Shown: positions 27,254 through 36,613, counted from the stretch's first letter. The stretch: 42,325 bases of DNA from an uncultured Candidatus Saccharibacteria bacterium (GCA_964358425.1 CAYHON010000003.1:1-42325), one strand, 5' to 3'. Made by a program: numbers and translations. Notes: generated by a model from the letters alone, not told the origin.

Positions 27254-28138
27254 ATGAAAAACTTTTTTATTTTTTTGATCAAGGGTGAATTTGATCCCAA
27301 TAAAATTCAAATTAAGGAAGTTACCGGCACGCTTCATCGCAGCAAAAATTCTGAAGATTTTATAGAAAGAGAGTGGCAAAAAGCCATAACAGCGGGTCTG
27401 AAAATTTGGCCAGGCGATACTAAACCGTCACGCTATCGATATGTTAACTCTCGGGTTAACGGTCCGGTACTGGAAATTGAAGCTGATCCCTGTGTTTGTT
27501 ATCGTGACTATATCGGCTCTAGACCAGTTAAATTATTAAAACAGTTTGGCCGTGATTTTTCGGCAAATTCTGTTACGGTTAATACTCTTCTTTTGGCTAA
27601 AACAGAGTCTGGTCAAGAGCAGATAATGTTGACCATTAGGCGGGCTTCTCACGATTCTAAGGCTGGCGGCTACCACGCAAGTTTGGGGGGCTGTATAGCT
27701 TTGGGAGAAACGCCCAAAGAAGCTATCTTACGTGAAGTTGAGGAAGAAAGCGGGCTTAGTCCCGCAGAGATTAGAAAATTAGTGTGTCAAAATATTATTT
27801 ATGAACCATGGGAAAATACTTACGCTGTTAATTTTTATTCGGAAACAGATGTTGCAGTTGAAAAAATAAAAGAGCGAAAGCATGATTCAGAAAATGAAAT
27901 AATATTTATTGACGCCGACGTCTTTTTGAGGGATAAATTGTTTTTACCTACTGTCCATGCGCTGGTCACTGCTGGTCTGGCCAATATCCTCACTCTTGGC
28001 CGGAAACGATACGACCAAGAGTGGTTCGACGAAGTCGCAGATAATTTGGCCCGGAAGAGTATTGTTTATAATTTATCTCTGGTTCGCCGCTGGTTGGAGA
28101 ATAGGGATGCTAAGAGACTAAAAAATTTTTATTCTTAA
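27254..28138 (+). CDS. Nudix hydrolase with an N-terminal extension
   Basis: Canonical box GGCIALGETPKEAILREVEEESGL. Confidence 0.82.
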   Translation: MKNFFIFLIKGEFDPNKIQIKEVTGTLHRSKNSEDFIEREWQKAITAGLKIWPGDTKPSRYRYVNSRVNGPVLEIEADPCVCYRDYIGSRPVKLLKQFGRDFSANSVTVNTLLLAKTESGQEQIMLTIRRASHDSKAGGYHASLGGCIALGETPKEAILREVEEESGLSPAEIRKLVCQNIIYEPWENTYAVNFYSETDVAVEKIKERKHDSENEIIFIDADVFLRDKLFLPTVHALVTAGLANILTLGRKRYDQEWFDEVADNLARKSIVYNLSLVRRWLENRDAKRLKNFYS

Positions 28139-28148
28139 AAGATTTAAT

Positions 28149-29354
28149 ATGAAAGTTTTCTTTATTACTCCTAAGTTAAACTTTATAACAGCCGGCGGAA
28201 CAACGGATGAATATGATCTGACTTATAGGTCTTTGCAGGATTTAGGTTGCGAGGTGTCTGTGGTTACTGTTTTTTCACAGGCTAACAATATTCCGTTCGA
28301 ACTGCCTTATAAGGTTTTTGAGGAACATATAAATTCAGCCAGACAGCTGGGGATACAAAAAGGAGTTTTTAGTATTTTAAAAAAATATTCCAAGCAGGCG
28401 GACTTTTTTTTCGTAGATGGGCAGGTATTTTTATATGGGGCGGGAGCCTATCGAAAATTTGGAGGCAAGGTTCCTGTGGTGGCTTATTTTAACCGTGAAC
28501 TTACAGCTTGGCCAGAAAATGTCTCAACCTTATTCCCTCAAAAAAGGGATGGTATTTTGGCCCGCTTTAAAAAATATGTTCGCTACGCGGTGGAAAATAA
28601 ATTTCTGGTTCCCTTTACCGACTTTATAGATTTACTGGCCTTTACCAGTCCATTTCTGGAGCAAAGCTATCGGGACTTCGGTATGAAAACACAAGGTAGG
28701 AGCTTTGTCTTTGGTGACCCGTTTAATTTTAGGGGTCTGATGAAAAAATACGGAATAGAAGAGGAAACTTATCGTCAGAGGAATAAAAAAAGTGGTCCTT
28801 ATACGATTTTTTATTCCAGCCGGATGGTGTCGGGAAAGGGTTTTGATTTGTTACTGACGGCCTTTTCCAAGCTTAAAAATAAAGATGATTTTCGTCTGGT
28901 GCTGGGCGGTACCGGGCCGGAGGAAGGTTTTATAAAACAGATGGTTCGCGATCTACGCCTTGAGAAATATGTGGAAATGACGGGTTGGATGACTAAAGAA
29001 GAACTCTATCGGCGCCAAAAAGAAGAGGTGGATATATTTGTACAAGCCCGATGGAGACGGGATATGACTTCCATGTCTTTACAGACCGCAATGCTTTTTG
29101 GACTGCCGTCGATTTTACCCGCCGGAGGGGGTTTGGAGTGGGTGGGGCAGGGGAGCGCTATTTATTTTGAAGACAATAATATTGACGATTTGGCTCGTAA
29201 AATGGAGCAATTGGGGGGTGATCGGGAACTAAGGGAAAAACTTTCTCGCGCCTGTTACGTTAGAATGGATGAGCCCGAAATGAATCATAAAAATAGGATT
29301 ATGTTACTGGTTGAAAAAATGCGTGAGATTGTGGAATTTAAAAAAGATAATTAG
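28149..29354 (+). CDS. GT4 glycosyltransferase
   Basis: SSRMVSGKGFDLLL, GGTGPE, DIFVQA, AMLFGLPSI. Confidence 0.85.
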   Translation: MKVFFITPKLNFITAGGTTDEYDLTYRSLQDLGCEVSVVTVFSQANNIPFELPYKVFEEHINSARQLGIQKGVFSILKKYSKQADFFFVDGQVFLYGAGAYRKFGGKVPVVAYFNRELTAWPENVSTLFPQKRDGILARFKKYVRYAVENKFLVPFTDFIDLLAFTSPFLEQSYRDFGMKTQGRSFVFGDPFNFRGLMKKYGIEEETYRQRNKKSGPYTIFYSSRMVSGKGFDLLLTAFSKLKNKDDFRLVLGGTGPEEGFIKQMVRDLRLEKYVEMTGWMTKEELYRRQKEEVDIFVQARWRRDMTSMSLQTAMLFGLPSILPAGGGLEWVGQGSAIYFEDNNIDDLARKMEQLGGDRELREKLSRACYVRMDEPEMNHKNRIMLLVEKMREIVEFKKDN

Positions 29355-29359
29355 ACTAA

Positions 29360-30439
29360 ATGCCTAAAAAAGCGCTTATTACCGGAATAACCGGGCAAGA
29401 CGGGTCTTATCTCGCCGAGCTTTTGTTAGAAAAGGGATATAAGGTTTATGGTCTGCAGAGGAGAGGAAGCATGCCTAATACCTACCGGGTGGACCATTTG
29501 TTTGAGGATACCCAAAATCCTGTGTTTGAAATGACTTATGCTGACTTGGCGGATAGCTCTAATCTTGTTCGGGTAATAAACAAGATACGACCGGACGAAA
29601 TTTATAATCTCGGAGCCCAGAGCCACGTGGGGGTCAGTTTTGATGTTCCTGAATATACGGCCAACGTCAACGCTCTTGGCCCTCTCCGCATTTTGGAAGC
29701 AATCAGGATTTTGGATTTCCCGACTAAGTTTTACCAGGCAAGTTCTTCGGAAATGTTTGGTAAGGTGCTGGCTATTCCCCAGAATGAAAAAACCGTGTTT
29801 AATCCACAATCCCCATACGCTCTTTCTAAAATTTTCGCTTTTCATGCCACAAAAATTTTCCGCGACAGTTACAATATTTTTGCCTCTAACGGGATTTTAT
29901 TTAACCATGAATCTCCTCGGAGGGGCTTTAATTTTGTTACAAGGAAAATAACTTTGGGTCTTTCCAGAATTAAAATAGGAACTCAGCAGGTCTTGCGTCT
30001 TGGTAACCTAGAAGCCAAAAGGGATTGGGGATACGCCAAAGATTATGTGGAAGCAATATGGAAAATTTTACAACACAAAGAACCGGATGATTTTGTTATA
30101 GCGACAGGTGAGACGCATAGTGTGCGTGAATTCGTGGAAGAGGTTGCTAAAAATTTAGGGATGGAAATGGAGTGGGCGGGAAGGGGATTGAATGAGCGAG
30201 GGGTTGATCGCAAAACTGGGCGGGTTATTGTTGAGATAGATCCGATATATTTTAGACCGAGCGAGGTAGAATTTTTACAGGGTGATTATGCGCGCGCGAG
30301 AGAGATTTTGGGATGGAAACCCAAAACCACCTTTAAAGAATTGGCTAAAATAATGACCCAGACGGATCTGGAGTATGCCAAAAAGGAGGCCTCGCAAGGA
30401 CGTCCGATCGACAGCCAGCGCCGATTTTATATAAAGTAA
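29360..30439 (+). CDS. gmd: GDP-mannose 4,6-dehydratase
   Basis: ALITGITGQDGSYLAE, NLGAQSHV, QASSSEMFG, NGILFNHESPRRG, KRDWGYAKDYV. Confidence 0.95.
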   Translation: MPKKALITGITGQDGSYLAELLLEKGYKVYGLQRRGSMPNTYRVDHLFEDTQNPVFEMTYADLADSSNLVRVINKIRPDEIYNLGAQSHVGVSFDVPEYTANVNALGPLRILEAIRILDFPTKFYQASSSEMFGKVLAIPQNEKTVFNPQSPYALSKIFAFHATKIFRDSYNIFASNGILFNHESPRRGFNFVTRKITLGLSRIKIGTQQVLRLGNLEAKRDWGYAKDYVEAIWKILQHKEPDDFVIATGETHSVREFVEEVAKNLGMEMEWAGRGLNERGVDRKTGRVIVEIDPIYFRPSEVEFLQGDYARAREILGWKPKTTFKELAKIMTQTDLEYAKKEASQGRPIDSQRRFYIK

Positions 30440-30443
30440 TTTA

Positions 30444-30851
30444 TTGGAAAAGTTTTATTATAAAAAAATACTGGTTGGGTTCAGGGTTAAAACTCTTCCC
30501 GAGGGTTCCGTACCTCTGACCGATAGTAAAGAACCCTTGCAGGTTCTTGCCTTGTGTCATAAAAAAAACGGCCATAGGGTGGCTGCGCACTTTCATACTC
30601 CCAGCAAAAGAATTTCTAATCATCTGCAGGAATGCCTTATTGTCAAAAAGGGTAGGATTAAGATAAGCCTCTACGGTCCAGATCATAAATATTTTAAAAG
30701 TATTCAGCTTAAAAAAGGGGAATTGTTCATTCTCTTATGCGGAGGCTATGGGGTAGATTTTTTGGAGGACTCTGAAGTTTTTGAATTGAAAAACGGGCCG
30801 TTTAAAAATGATAAGGTTATTATTAAAGACGCGAAACAATCTGTTGTGTGA
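30444..30851 (+). CDS. Cupin-fold protein (WbuC-like)
   Basis: AHFH, LQECLIVKKG, GGYGV.FLED..VFELKNGPF; TTG start. Confidence 0.65.
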   Translation: MEKFYYKKILVGFRVKTLPEGSVPLTDSKEPLQVLALCHKKNGHRVAAHFHTPSKRISNHLQECLIVKKGRIKISLYGPDHKYFKSIQLKKGELFILLCGGYGVDFLEDSEVFELKNGPFKNDKVIIKDAKQSVV

Positions 30852-30874
30852 ATGTTTTGAATGTTTTGTTTATA

Positions 30875-31717
30875 TCAGTTTGGCTTGTCGTTTTTCGAGC
30901 AGTATAAATTAAGAAAACCTCTGTCTCCCATAAAGTTCCCCAATTGGGGAATATTTTTTATTTCATTGGGGCCGTTTTGATTTATGGCAAATATTTTTAA
31001 TCCCAAAGAATTCAGCTCTCTTAAGAAATCATCGTTAGTAAAACCGGCCAACTTTATATTTTCTGGACAATATTCAATAAACAAGACTATTTTGGGATTG
31101 GTTTCAATAATTCTTTTCATTCCCCGCAGGGCATATATTTCCCCACCCTCTATATCTATTTTTACAAGATCTATTTTGGGGATATTGTTGTCCTCAGCCC
31201 AGCAATCCAAGGAGATCGAAGATACTTTTATTTGTTCTTGGCGGTAGGTTGCGGGAATAGTACTGTGGCAACCAGCCTTATCGTTGCTGTGATAAAAATC
31301 TATAGCACTGTTTTTATCGGATACGGCGGCTGGTGATAATTTTATATTTTTAAAGCGTCTAGTGTTCGCTTGTAACAATTTAAAATTACTAAGATCTGGC
31401 TCGAAAGCATATACTATCCCAGCGGGCCCGACCAGTTTTGAGAATACTCTGGTAAAATAACCAACATGAGCCCCAATATCTATAACAATCATTCCTGCCC
31501 TGATGATTTTATTTGAAAGATCAGTGGTTTCTTTTTCATACAAATTATTAAGCATATCCAATTTCCATCGGCGGATGTAGTATTGTGGAAATGAATATCC
31601 TCTGACTCTGCTATAGATATTTATCGCAGTGTCTAAAACTCTATAAATAATCTTATCCAGCCACGGGAGATGGAAAATTTTTCTATAAATGTTTCGTATT
31701 GTTGTTATCGGCCGCAT
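30875..31717 (-). CDS. FkbM-family methyltransferase
   Basis: IDIGAHVGYF, YAFEPD, LVKIDIEGGE. Confidence 0.92.
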   Translation of the reverse strand: MRPITTIRNIYRKIFHLPWLDKIIYRVLDTAINIYSRVRGYSFPQYYIRRWKLDMLNNLYEKETTDLSNKIIRAGMIVIDIGAHVGYFTRVFSKLVGPAGIVYAFEPDLSNFKLLQANTRRFKNIKLSPAAVSDKNSAIDFYHSNDKAGCHSTIPATYRQEQIKVSSISLDCWAEDNNIPKIDLVKIDIEGGEIYALRGMKRIIETNPKIVLFIEYCPENIKLAGFTNDDFLRELNSLGLKIFAINQNGPNEIKNIPQLGNFMGDRGFLNLYCSKNDKPN

Positions 31718-31766
31718 ATTTTTATGGAAGTTATTAGCGGTAACTAGCTAGGGGGCATAATTAAAG

Positions 31767-32042
31767 CTAACTCTTTTGTTTTTTATAATAGTACCAAAAT
31801 ATAAAAAGGTAAATGACCGCTGTAATAATGGCGATGGCGTATTTTATAATAAGCGATAATTGATTTATTAAGAGGGCGTATATTAAGGCAATAATGTTTG
31901 CAGTCAGATATATGATAAATAAAAACAAGCTAACCCCACTGGTGTCTTTTAGTTTGATGGTTTTTATCATCTGCGGTATCAACATCACGGAAAATAAAAA
32001 AGTGGCCACCCACCCCAGCATTTGAGCTAAATCAATCTTCAT
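31767..32042 (-). CDS. SemiSWEET / PQ-loop small transporter
   Basis: 91 aa, three TMs, LIPQMIKTIKLKDTSGVS; start overlaps the upstream stop by 4 nt. Confidence 0.85.
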   Translation of the reverse strand: MKIDLAQMLGWVATFLFSVMLIPQMIKTIKLKDTSGVSLFLFIIYLTANIIALIYALLINQLSLIIKYAIAIITAVIYLFIFWYYYKKQKS

Positions 32043-34828
32043 AATTTATTTCCAGCTGTTAGATAGTCAATTATCTCATTAACATTATCTTCTAATCGTA
32101 TTCCCTCGGTTTTAATTTCGATGTCCGGATTAATCGGGACTTCGTACGGATTTGACGGGCTGATGCCAATAAAATTATTTATCTCTCCCCCCAGTGCTCT
32201 AGCGTATAATCCCTTTACGTCACGTTTTATACAGGTGTTTATATCGGTATTAACGTATACTATATGTATGTTATCCCCAATGATTGAACGAACCGCGTCA
32301 CGATCCTCCTGATACGGAGATATGACTGAAACCAAAACCAGATCATAATCTTTGGCCTTTTCCTTCGCCATATTGGCGATTACAATATTATTTTTTCGCA
32401 CATCTTCTCGTCCAAATCCAAGATGCAGGTGTTTATTATTTCGTATTTCATCCCCGTCTATAATGGTTATACTTTTGCCATTTATTTGTAAAACCCTTTT
32501 TAATTCATTGGCTATGGTTGTTTTTCCAGAACCACTCAAGCCCGTAAACCATATCACCGGCGTCGCCTTATTATCTTTAACAAAAACATCTTCCCCATTC
32601 TTTGCGGCTTGCAAAATTATATCCGAAATTTCCGGACGCATAAACCAATCTGGCGGTGTTTCTCCTTTTTTAAACATAGCGCGGGCTTGTGTCCCGCTGA
32701 TATGCATAGCCGTCTCTTCGACAGCTCCTGGATTTTCATCTTCGTGGACATAGCCGCCCCGTTGGGGAGAGAAAAATACCTTGCCGAATCTTATCGGCTT
32801 TATACCTAAATCGCTAAATTGGTCGAAAATTTCATGGGAGGCGCGTGGCTGATAGAAATCTCCTACGCCGGTATGATCGCGTCCGACAATAAAATGACTG
32901 CAGCCAAAGTTTTTTCTGCACAAGGCTGTAAAGATTGCTTCCCGTGGGCCGGCGTAGCGTGAAAAAGTAGCTAGGGTGGTAAATACAACCTTGTTCTTGG
33001 GATAAAAATCCTCGATCATTTTCATATAACTTCTTACAATAAAGGTTGACTGAAAATCACCGGTCTTTTTCTTGCCGATAACTGGTTGCACGAATAGACC
33101 GTCACAACCGCTTTGTTCCAAGGCCTTTAATTGAATGAATTCATGACTGCGGTGAATGACATTTCTGGTGTGGAAACCGACTACTCTATTCCAGCCCCTT
33201 TCTGAAAACAGCTTACGTACCTGACGGGGGGTCAATTCGTGTTCTTTAAAAACAGACGGTCTTCTCTTGATTAAATTTATTTTCCCTCCCAGCAGGTGTT
33301 CGTGTAGCGTATTCAGATGGCTTACGCCGGGGTGACGCGGGTCATTGGTGCCATATACTTTCAAGGCGAAATCTTTCTTGTTCAATCGATATTTATCCTC
33401 GACCAGCATGGTGGCGATGGTATCACCTAGCTCATTTACCAAGGCTATTTCATCGCCGACTCTAATTCGGTCGTTTTGTTGCGGATTGATGTCCAGGATG
33501 ATTGGAATAGTCCAAACTGTTCCATCAGCCAGGCGCATATTATCCAAAACACCCTGCAGGTCTTGGCTGTTCATAAAGCCTTCCAGCGGACTAAACGTTC
33601 CGACCGCGATCTGCTCTATGTCCATCTGTAAGTTTTGATTCAAGAAAATTTTTTCAAGCGAGTTCAAATAATCCTGGTTAGGAATTTTTTGAATCATTCT
33701 GTTAACCAACTTACCGCCATGGGGAGCAATCAAAGAAGTCGACTCAGCTGCTGCGGATAAATATTTTTCTTCCTCCAATTTTTGGACAATTTTTTCTCGC
33801 AGTTGATGCGTTTCTTCCATGTTGTCCAGTGTAGTCGCTTCTCTGACTACATTTTTCAACATGTTTATGCTTTCCAGGGGATATTTGCCGATAGCCGTTT
33901 CAGCCGACAAAGCCAGCCCCCCCGCCCCGTCTAAAATAGTATTAACGATATCATTGACTTCGGCACGGGTGGGACGTCGGTTATAAACCATACTTTCTAG
34001 AAAATTTGTGGCCACAAAAACTTCTTTACCAAATTTTCTAGCGCGGTTGATAATTATTTTTTGCACAAGCGGTATTTTTTCTATGGGAATTTCTTTACTC
34101 AAATCTCCCCGGTCTAATAATAGATAATCTGACTTAGTGATAATATCATCCAGATTATCCAGGGCTTCCAAGCATTCTATCTTGGAAATAATTTTCATTT
34201 TATTACCAGTTTTGTTTCTGACATAATCAACTGCCGATCCATTCCGCATAAAAGAAGCGGCGATGTGTTTTACCTTTTCTTGTAGACCCAGCTTTATTGA
34301 CTGCGCATCCTTGTCGGATAGGGTGGGTAGATTAATTTTATTTTTAAAGCCAGGATCGACGACAACCGCCTTATTTCTTCCCAGTTTACCTGGTGTAATA
34401 GCTTTGGCTGTAATATAGCCACTTGCAAGGGTTGAGGTGTCGCAAACCTGTAAAGTAAGGGCGGCAAAATCTACGTGCAATAAATCGCCACATTCCAACT
34501 CATTTACTACGTGGCCAGGCTTTAAAGATATTTTTTCTTCATTGCCTATGACCGGTTTGTTATAAATTTTAACAGCATGATTTTCTTCGATGGTGACAAA
34601 GTTTTTACTTAATTCTCCGGTTCTGACCTGGGACCCCTCCGTATCAATGATAAAAGGTATATCAACTTTTTTAGCCAGGCCGACAAAATATTTAAGATCG
34701 TCTATAGATGAATGAGACATGTTTACACGGACAAAATCTACGCCGCGACTTTTTATCTGGTGTAAAACTTTTTCTGAATTGGTAGCTGGGCCCAGGGTTA
34801 CAATAATTTTTATGTTTCCGGTCGACAT
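32039..34828 (-). CDS. Pyruvate kinase - ATP sulfurylase (Sat) - adenylylsulfate kinase (CysC) triple fusion
   Basis: PK about aa 1-330 (IIVTLGPA, RVNMSH, DTEGSQVRTG, ISKIE, DRGDL, PTRAEVND, LSAETAIGKYP); Sat about aa 365-745 (PHGGKL, FSPLEGFM, HTRNVIHRSH, AGPREA, IVGRDH); CysC about aa 755-929 (WFTGLSGSGKTT, DGDEIR, ISPY, RDVKGLY). Confidence 0.92.
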   Translation of the reverse strand: MSTGNIKIIVTLGPATNSEKVLHQIKSRGVDFVRVNMSHSSIDDLKYFVGLAKKVDIPFIIDTEGSQVRTGELSKNFVTIEENHAVKIYNKPVIGNEEKISLKPGHVVNELECGDLLHVDFAALTLQVCDTSTLASGYITAKAITPGKLGRNKAVVVDPGFKNKINLPTLSDKDAQSIKLGLQEKVKHIAASFMRNGSAVDYVRNKTGNKMKIISKIECLEALDNLDDIITKSDYLLLDRGDLSKEIPIEKIPLVQKIIINRARKFGKEVFVATNFLESMVYNRRPTRAEVNDIVNTILDGAGGLALSAETAIGKYPLESINMLKNVVREATTLDNMEETHQLREKIVQKLEEEKYLSAAAESTSLIAPHGGKLVNRMIQKIPNQDYLNSLEKIFLNQNLQMDIEQIAVGTFSPLEGFMNSQDLQGVLDNMRLADGTVWTIPIILDINPQQNDRIRVGDEIALVNELGDTIATMLVEDKYRLNKKDFALKVYGTNDPRHPGVSHLNTLHEHLLGGKINLIKRRPSVFKEHELTPRQVRKLFSERGWNRVVGFHTRNVIHRSHEFIQLKALEQSGCDGLFVQPVIGKKKTGDFQSTFIVRSYMKMIEDFYPKNKVVFTTLATFSRYAGPREAIFTALCRKNFGCSHFIVGRDHTGVGDFYQPRASHEIFDQFSDLGIKPIRFGKVFFSPQRGGYVHEDENPGAVEETAMHISGTQARAMFKKGETPPDWFMRPEISDIILQAAKNGEDVFVKDNKATPVIWFTGLSGSGKTTIANELKRVLQINGKSITIIDGDEIRNNKHLHLGFGREDVRKNNIVIANMAKEKAKDYDLVLVSVISPYQEDRDAVRSIIGDNIHIVYVNTDINTCIKRDVKGLYARALGGEINNFIGISPSNPYEVPINPDIEIKTEGIRLEDNVNEIIDYLTAGNKL

Positions 34829-34838
34829 ATTGATCGCA

Positions 34839-36350
34839 TTATTTAGCAGGTAGGTTTAGCTTCTGGGCGATATAGTTTACTAAAGGAGACAACTGATCCC
34901 CCTTTTTATCCATATTTGCCGCTCCTTCTACGTCCCACATCCTTACGATGTCCATTATGGCTGATTCTTGGCAGATGGCGGTAAGCATATTAAGTAGTTC
35001 CTTCTCGTTGTGTTTATGGTTAGTCAACTGGTCCCTAACAATAAAGGGAAGTATTTCCGGGTTAGAGCAGTGTTTTACCGCGGATAATTCGTTATAAAAT
35101 ACCTTGCCGAAAGTTATAACCGGCTTTTTAAAAAGAATACTTTCCCAACCGCCACTTCCGGTGGTAGTGATGGTTAGTTTTGTGCGCCTGATAAGGTCAA
35201 AACTTTTCAGAGTCGGTCTGACAATTTTTACATTAGGTATTTTTTTTAATTCTTTATAATACTTGTGAGTGCGAAAACCAAACATGGCCGGATGCTCCTT
35301 TATGTAAAGTTTGTAATTGGCGGGCAGGGAGCGGGCAAAAAGTTTGGCCAACCATAATTGGTCCGTATAAAAAGGCGCGTATAGCATACTAGCTTTTTCC
35401 GGCTCATACTGCAGGGGAAAAAAGGCGTAATCTTCCGTGTAGTCAGGCTCGTCATAGAATTTTTCAAAACCGACCAATATGCGCAGCTTTCTTCTTATTT
35501 TATCAATAAGATAGTGCCACGGTTTGACCGTATCATAGTCGTCACGATGTGGATTTAACAGATAATTTTTCCATACGGTAAAGATCCAAGATATTCCACG
35601 GATTAAATTATTAGGTATAAGGAATTTAAATTGCTTGCGCCTAGTTACCGGTTTCAAATCCGGGGTGTCTATATTACTATAGGGTGTGGGCTTATTCCTG
35701 AATTCATTAAGAAAGGTCTGGGCTTCTTGGTGGTATCTGGGGTCGGCATTTTGGCCGCTTTGTAGTTTTTTAAAAACATCTATAACATAACTGAACGTTC
35801 CATATTCCTGACTGACGGTCTGTCTGATACCGACCCGGGTTTGGTACAAAACTAGAGTTTTTATGCCCCTCTTGCGGGCTATTTCGTAAAGCAGCATATC
35901 GGCGATGCCGCCGACCAAAGAAAAAATAACCACCTCGGGCTTTTCCTCATCAAAGAACTTTATGATAGCTCGGGCTCTGATTTGTAGTATTTTCAACATT
36001 TCTTCGTGGGTGTAAGAAGGTGTATCATAAGGATATTCCCGTAAAAACATGTTGTAGCGGACGATTCTGTCGATATATATATATGGCCAGAGGTTGGGCA
36101 GTCCATAATTTTCTTCCAAAGAGCGCAGAAAATCTAAATCTAGTTTCTCAGTTTTATACTGTTTATGAATTTCTTCATCGTGCAGTAATTGAGTGTACTT
36201 TATATCCGTCTGTGATTTTAAGAAATTAAAGCTTGAGCGCATGTAAGAGTATCCGCAGAATTCTTTGACGCCATAATCTTCCTTCAGAATTTTGGCTATC
36301 TCATGGCCGATATAAGCAAACCTCCTCTGTAGCAAAAAACATATTTTCAT
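34839..36350 (-). CDS. Capsule polysaccharide biosynthesis/modification protein, KpsS-like; possible CMP-ulosonate transferase
   Basis: YAFFPLQYEPE, LYIKEHP, TTTGSGGWES.LFKKPVITFG..FY. Confidence 0.65.
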   Translation of the reverse strand: MKICFLLQRRFAYIGHEIAKILKEDYGVKEFCGYSYMRSSFNFLKSQTDIKYTQLLHDEEIHKQYKTEKLDLDFLRSLEENYGLPNLWPYIYIDRIVRYNMFLREYPYDTPSYTHEEMLKILQIRARAIIKFFDEEKPEVVIFSLVGGIADMLLYEIARKRGIKTLVLYQTRVGIRQTVSQEYGTFSYVIDVFKKLQSGQNADPRYHQEAQTFLNEFRNKPTPYSNIDTPDLKPVTRRKQFKFLIPNNLIRGISWIFTVWKNYLLNPHRDDYDTVKPWHYLIDKIRRKLRILVGFEKFYDEPDYTEDYAFFPLQYEPEKASMLYAPFYTDQLWLAKLFARSLPANYKLYIKEHPAMFGFRTHKYYKELKKIPNVKIVRPTLKSFDLIRRTKLTITTTGSGGWESILFKKPVITFGKVFYNELSAVKHCSNPEILPFIVRDQLTNHKHNEKELLNMLTAICQESAIMDIVRMWDVEGAANMDKKGDQLSPLVNYIAQKLNLPAK

Positions 36351-36379
36351 AAAGTCTATAATTACGATTAGAAAAAATT

Positions 36380-36408
36380 ATTATAGGCGGATTATTGTTT
36401 AAAATCAA
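36380..36408 (-). promoter_or_regulatory. Promoter for the leftward operon (KpsS-like, PK-Sat-CysC, SemiSWEET, FkbM)
   Basis: Minus strand TTGATT, 17 nt, TATAAT. Confidence 0.65.
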
Positions 36409-36426
36409 TTTTTCTTTAGGTATAAT
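36398..36426 (+). promoter_or_regulatory. Promoter for the rightward sulfotransferase-neu operon
   Basis: TTTAAA, 17 nt, TATAAT (36421-36426); overlaps the divergent promoter. Confidence 0.55.
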
Positions 36427-36599
36427 AGCGTCTTTATTCAGAATTTAAAAATATTTGTCTCAGTCCCCCGTAGATAACAGTTTATATAACTCTCAAAAAC
36501 CGTAAAAAGCTTCAAAATTAAAGGGTTGTTTGAGGGGTATCTAATAAGTTCGTTTTGGCAACCAAATCAAGTAAATCCGTGTTCTAATTAGAGACGCTA
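36426..36599. mobile_element. Candidate MITE / IS remnant with imperfect 18-bp inverted ends including outer TA
   Basis: Left TAGCGTCTTTATTCAGAA (36426-36443) versus reverse complement of the right end TAGCGTCTCTAATTAGAA (36582-36599): 15/18 match; no credible gene inside. Confidence 0.5.
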
Positions 36600-36613
36600 A
36601 AAAGGGGGTAATT

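Noticed and set aside
32039-33740. Sat as evidence of dissimilatory sulfate reduction or cysteine biosynthesis
   Set aside because: It is fused to APS kinase and flanked by glycan genes and a sulfotransferase; no apr, dsr, cysH or cysI is in the window.
36462-36480. GTCCCCCGTAG resembling a tRNA 5' end
   Set aside because: No D-arm, anticodon arm, TTCGA T-loop or acceptor complement follows.
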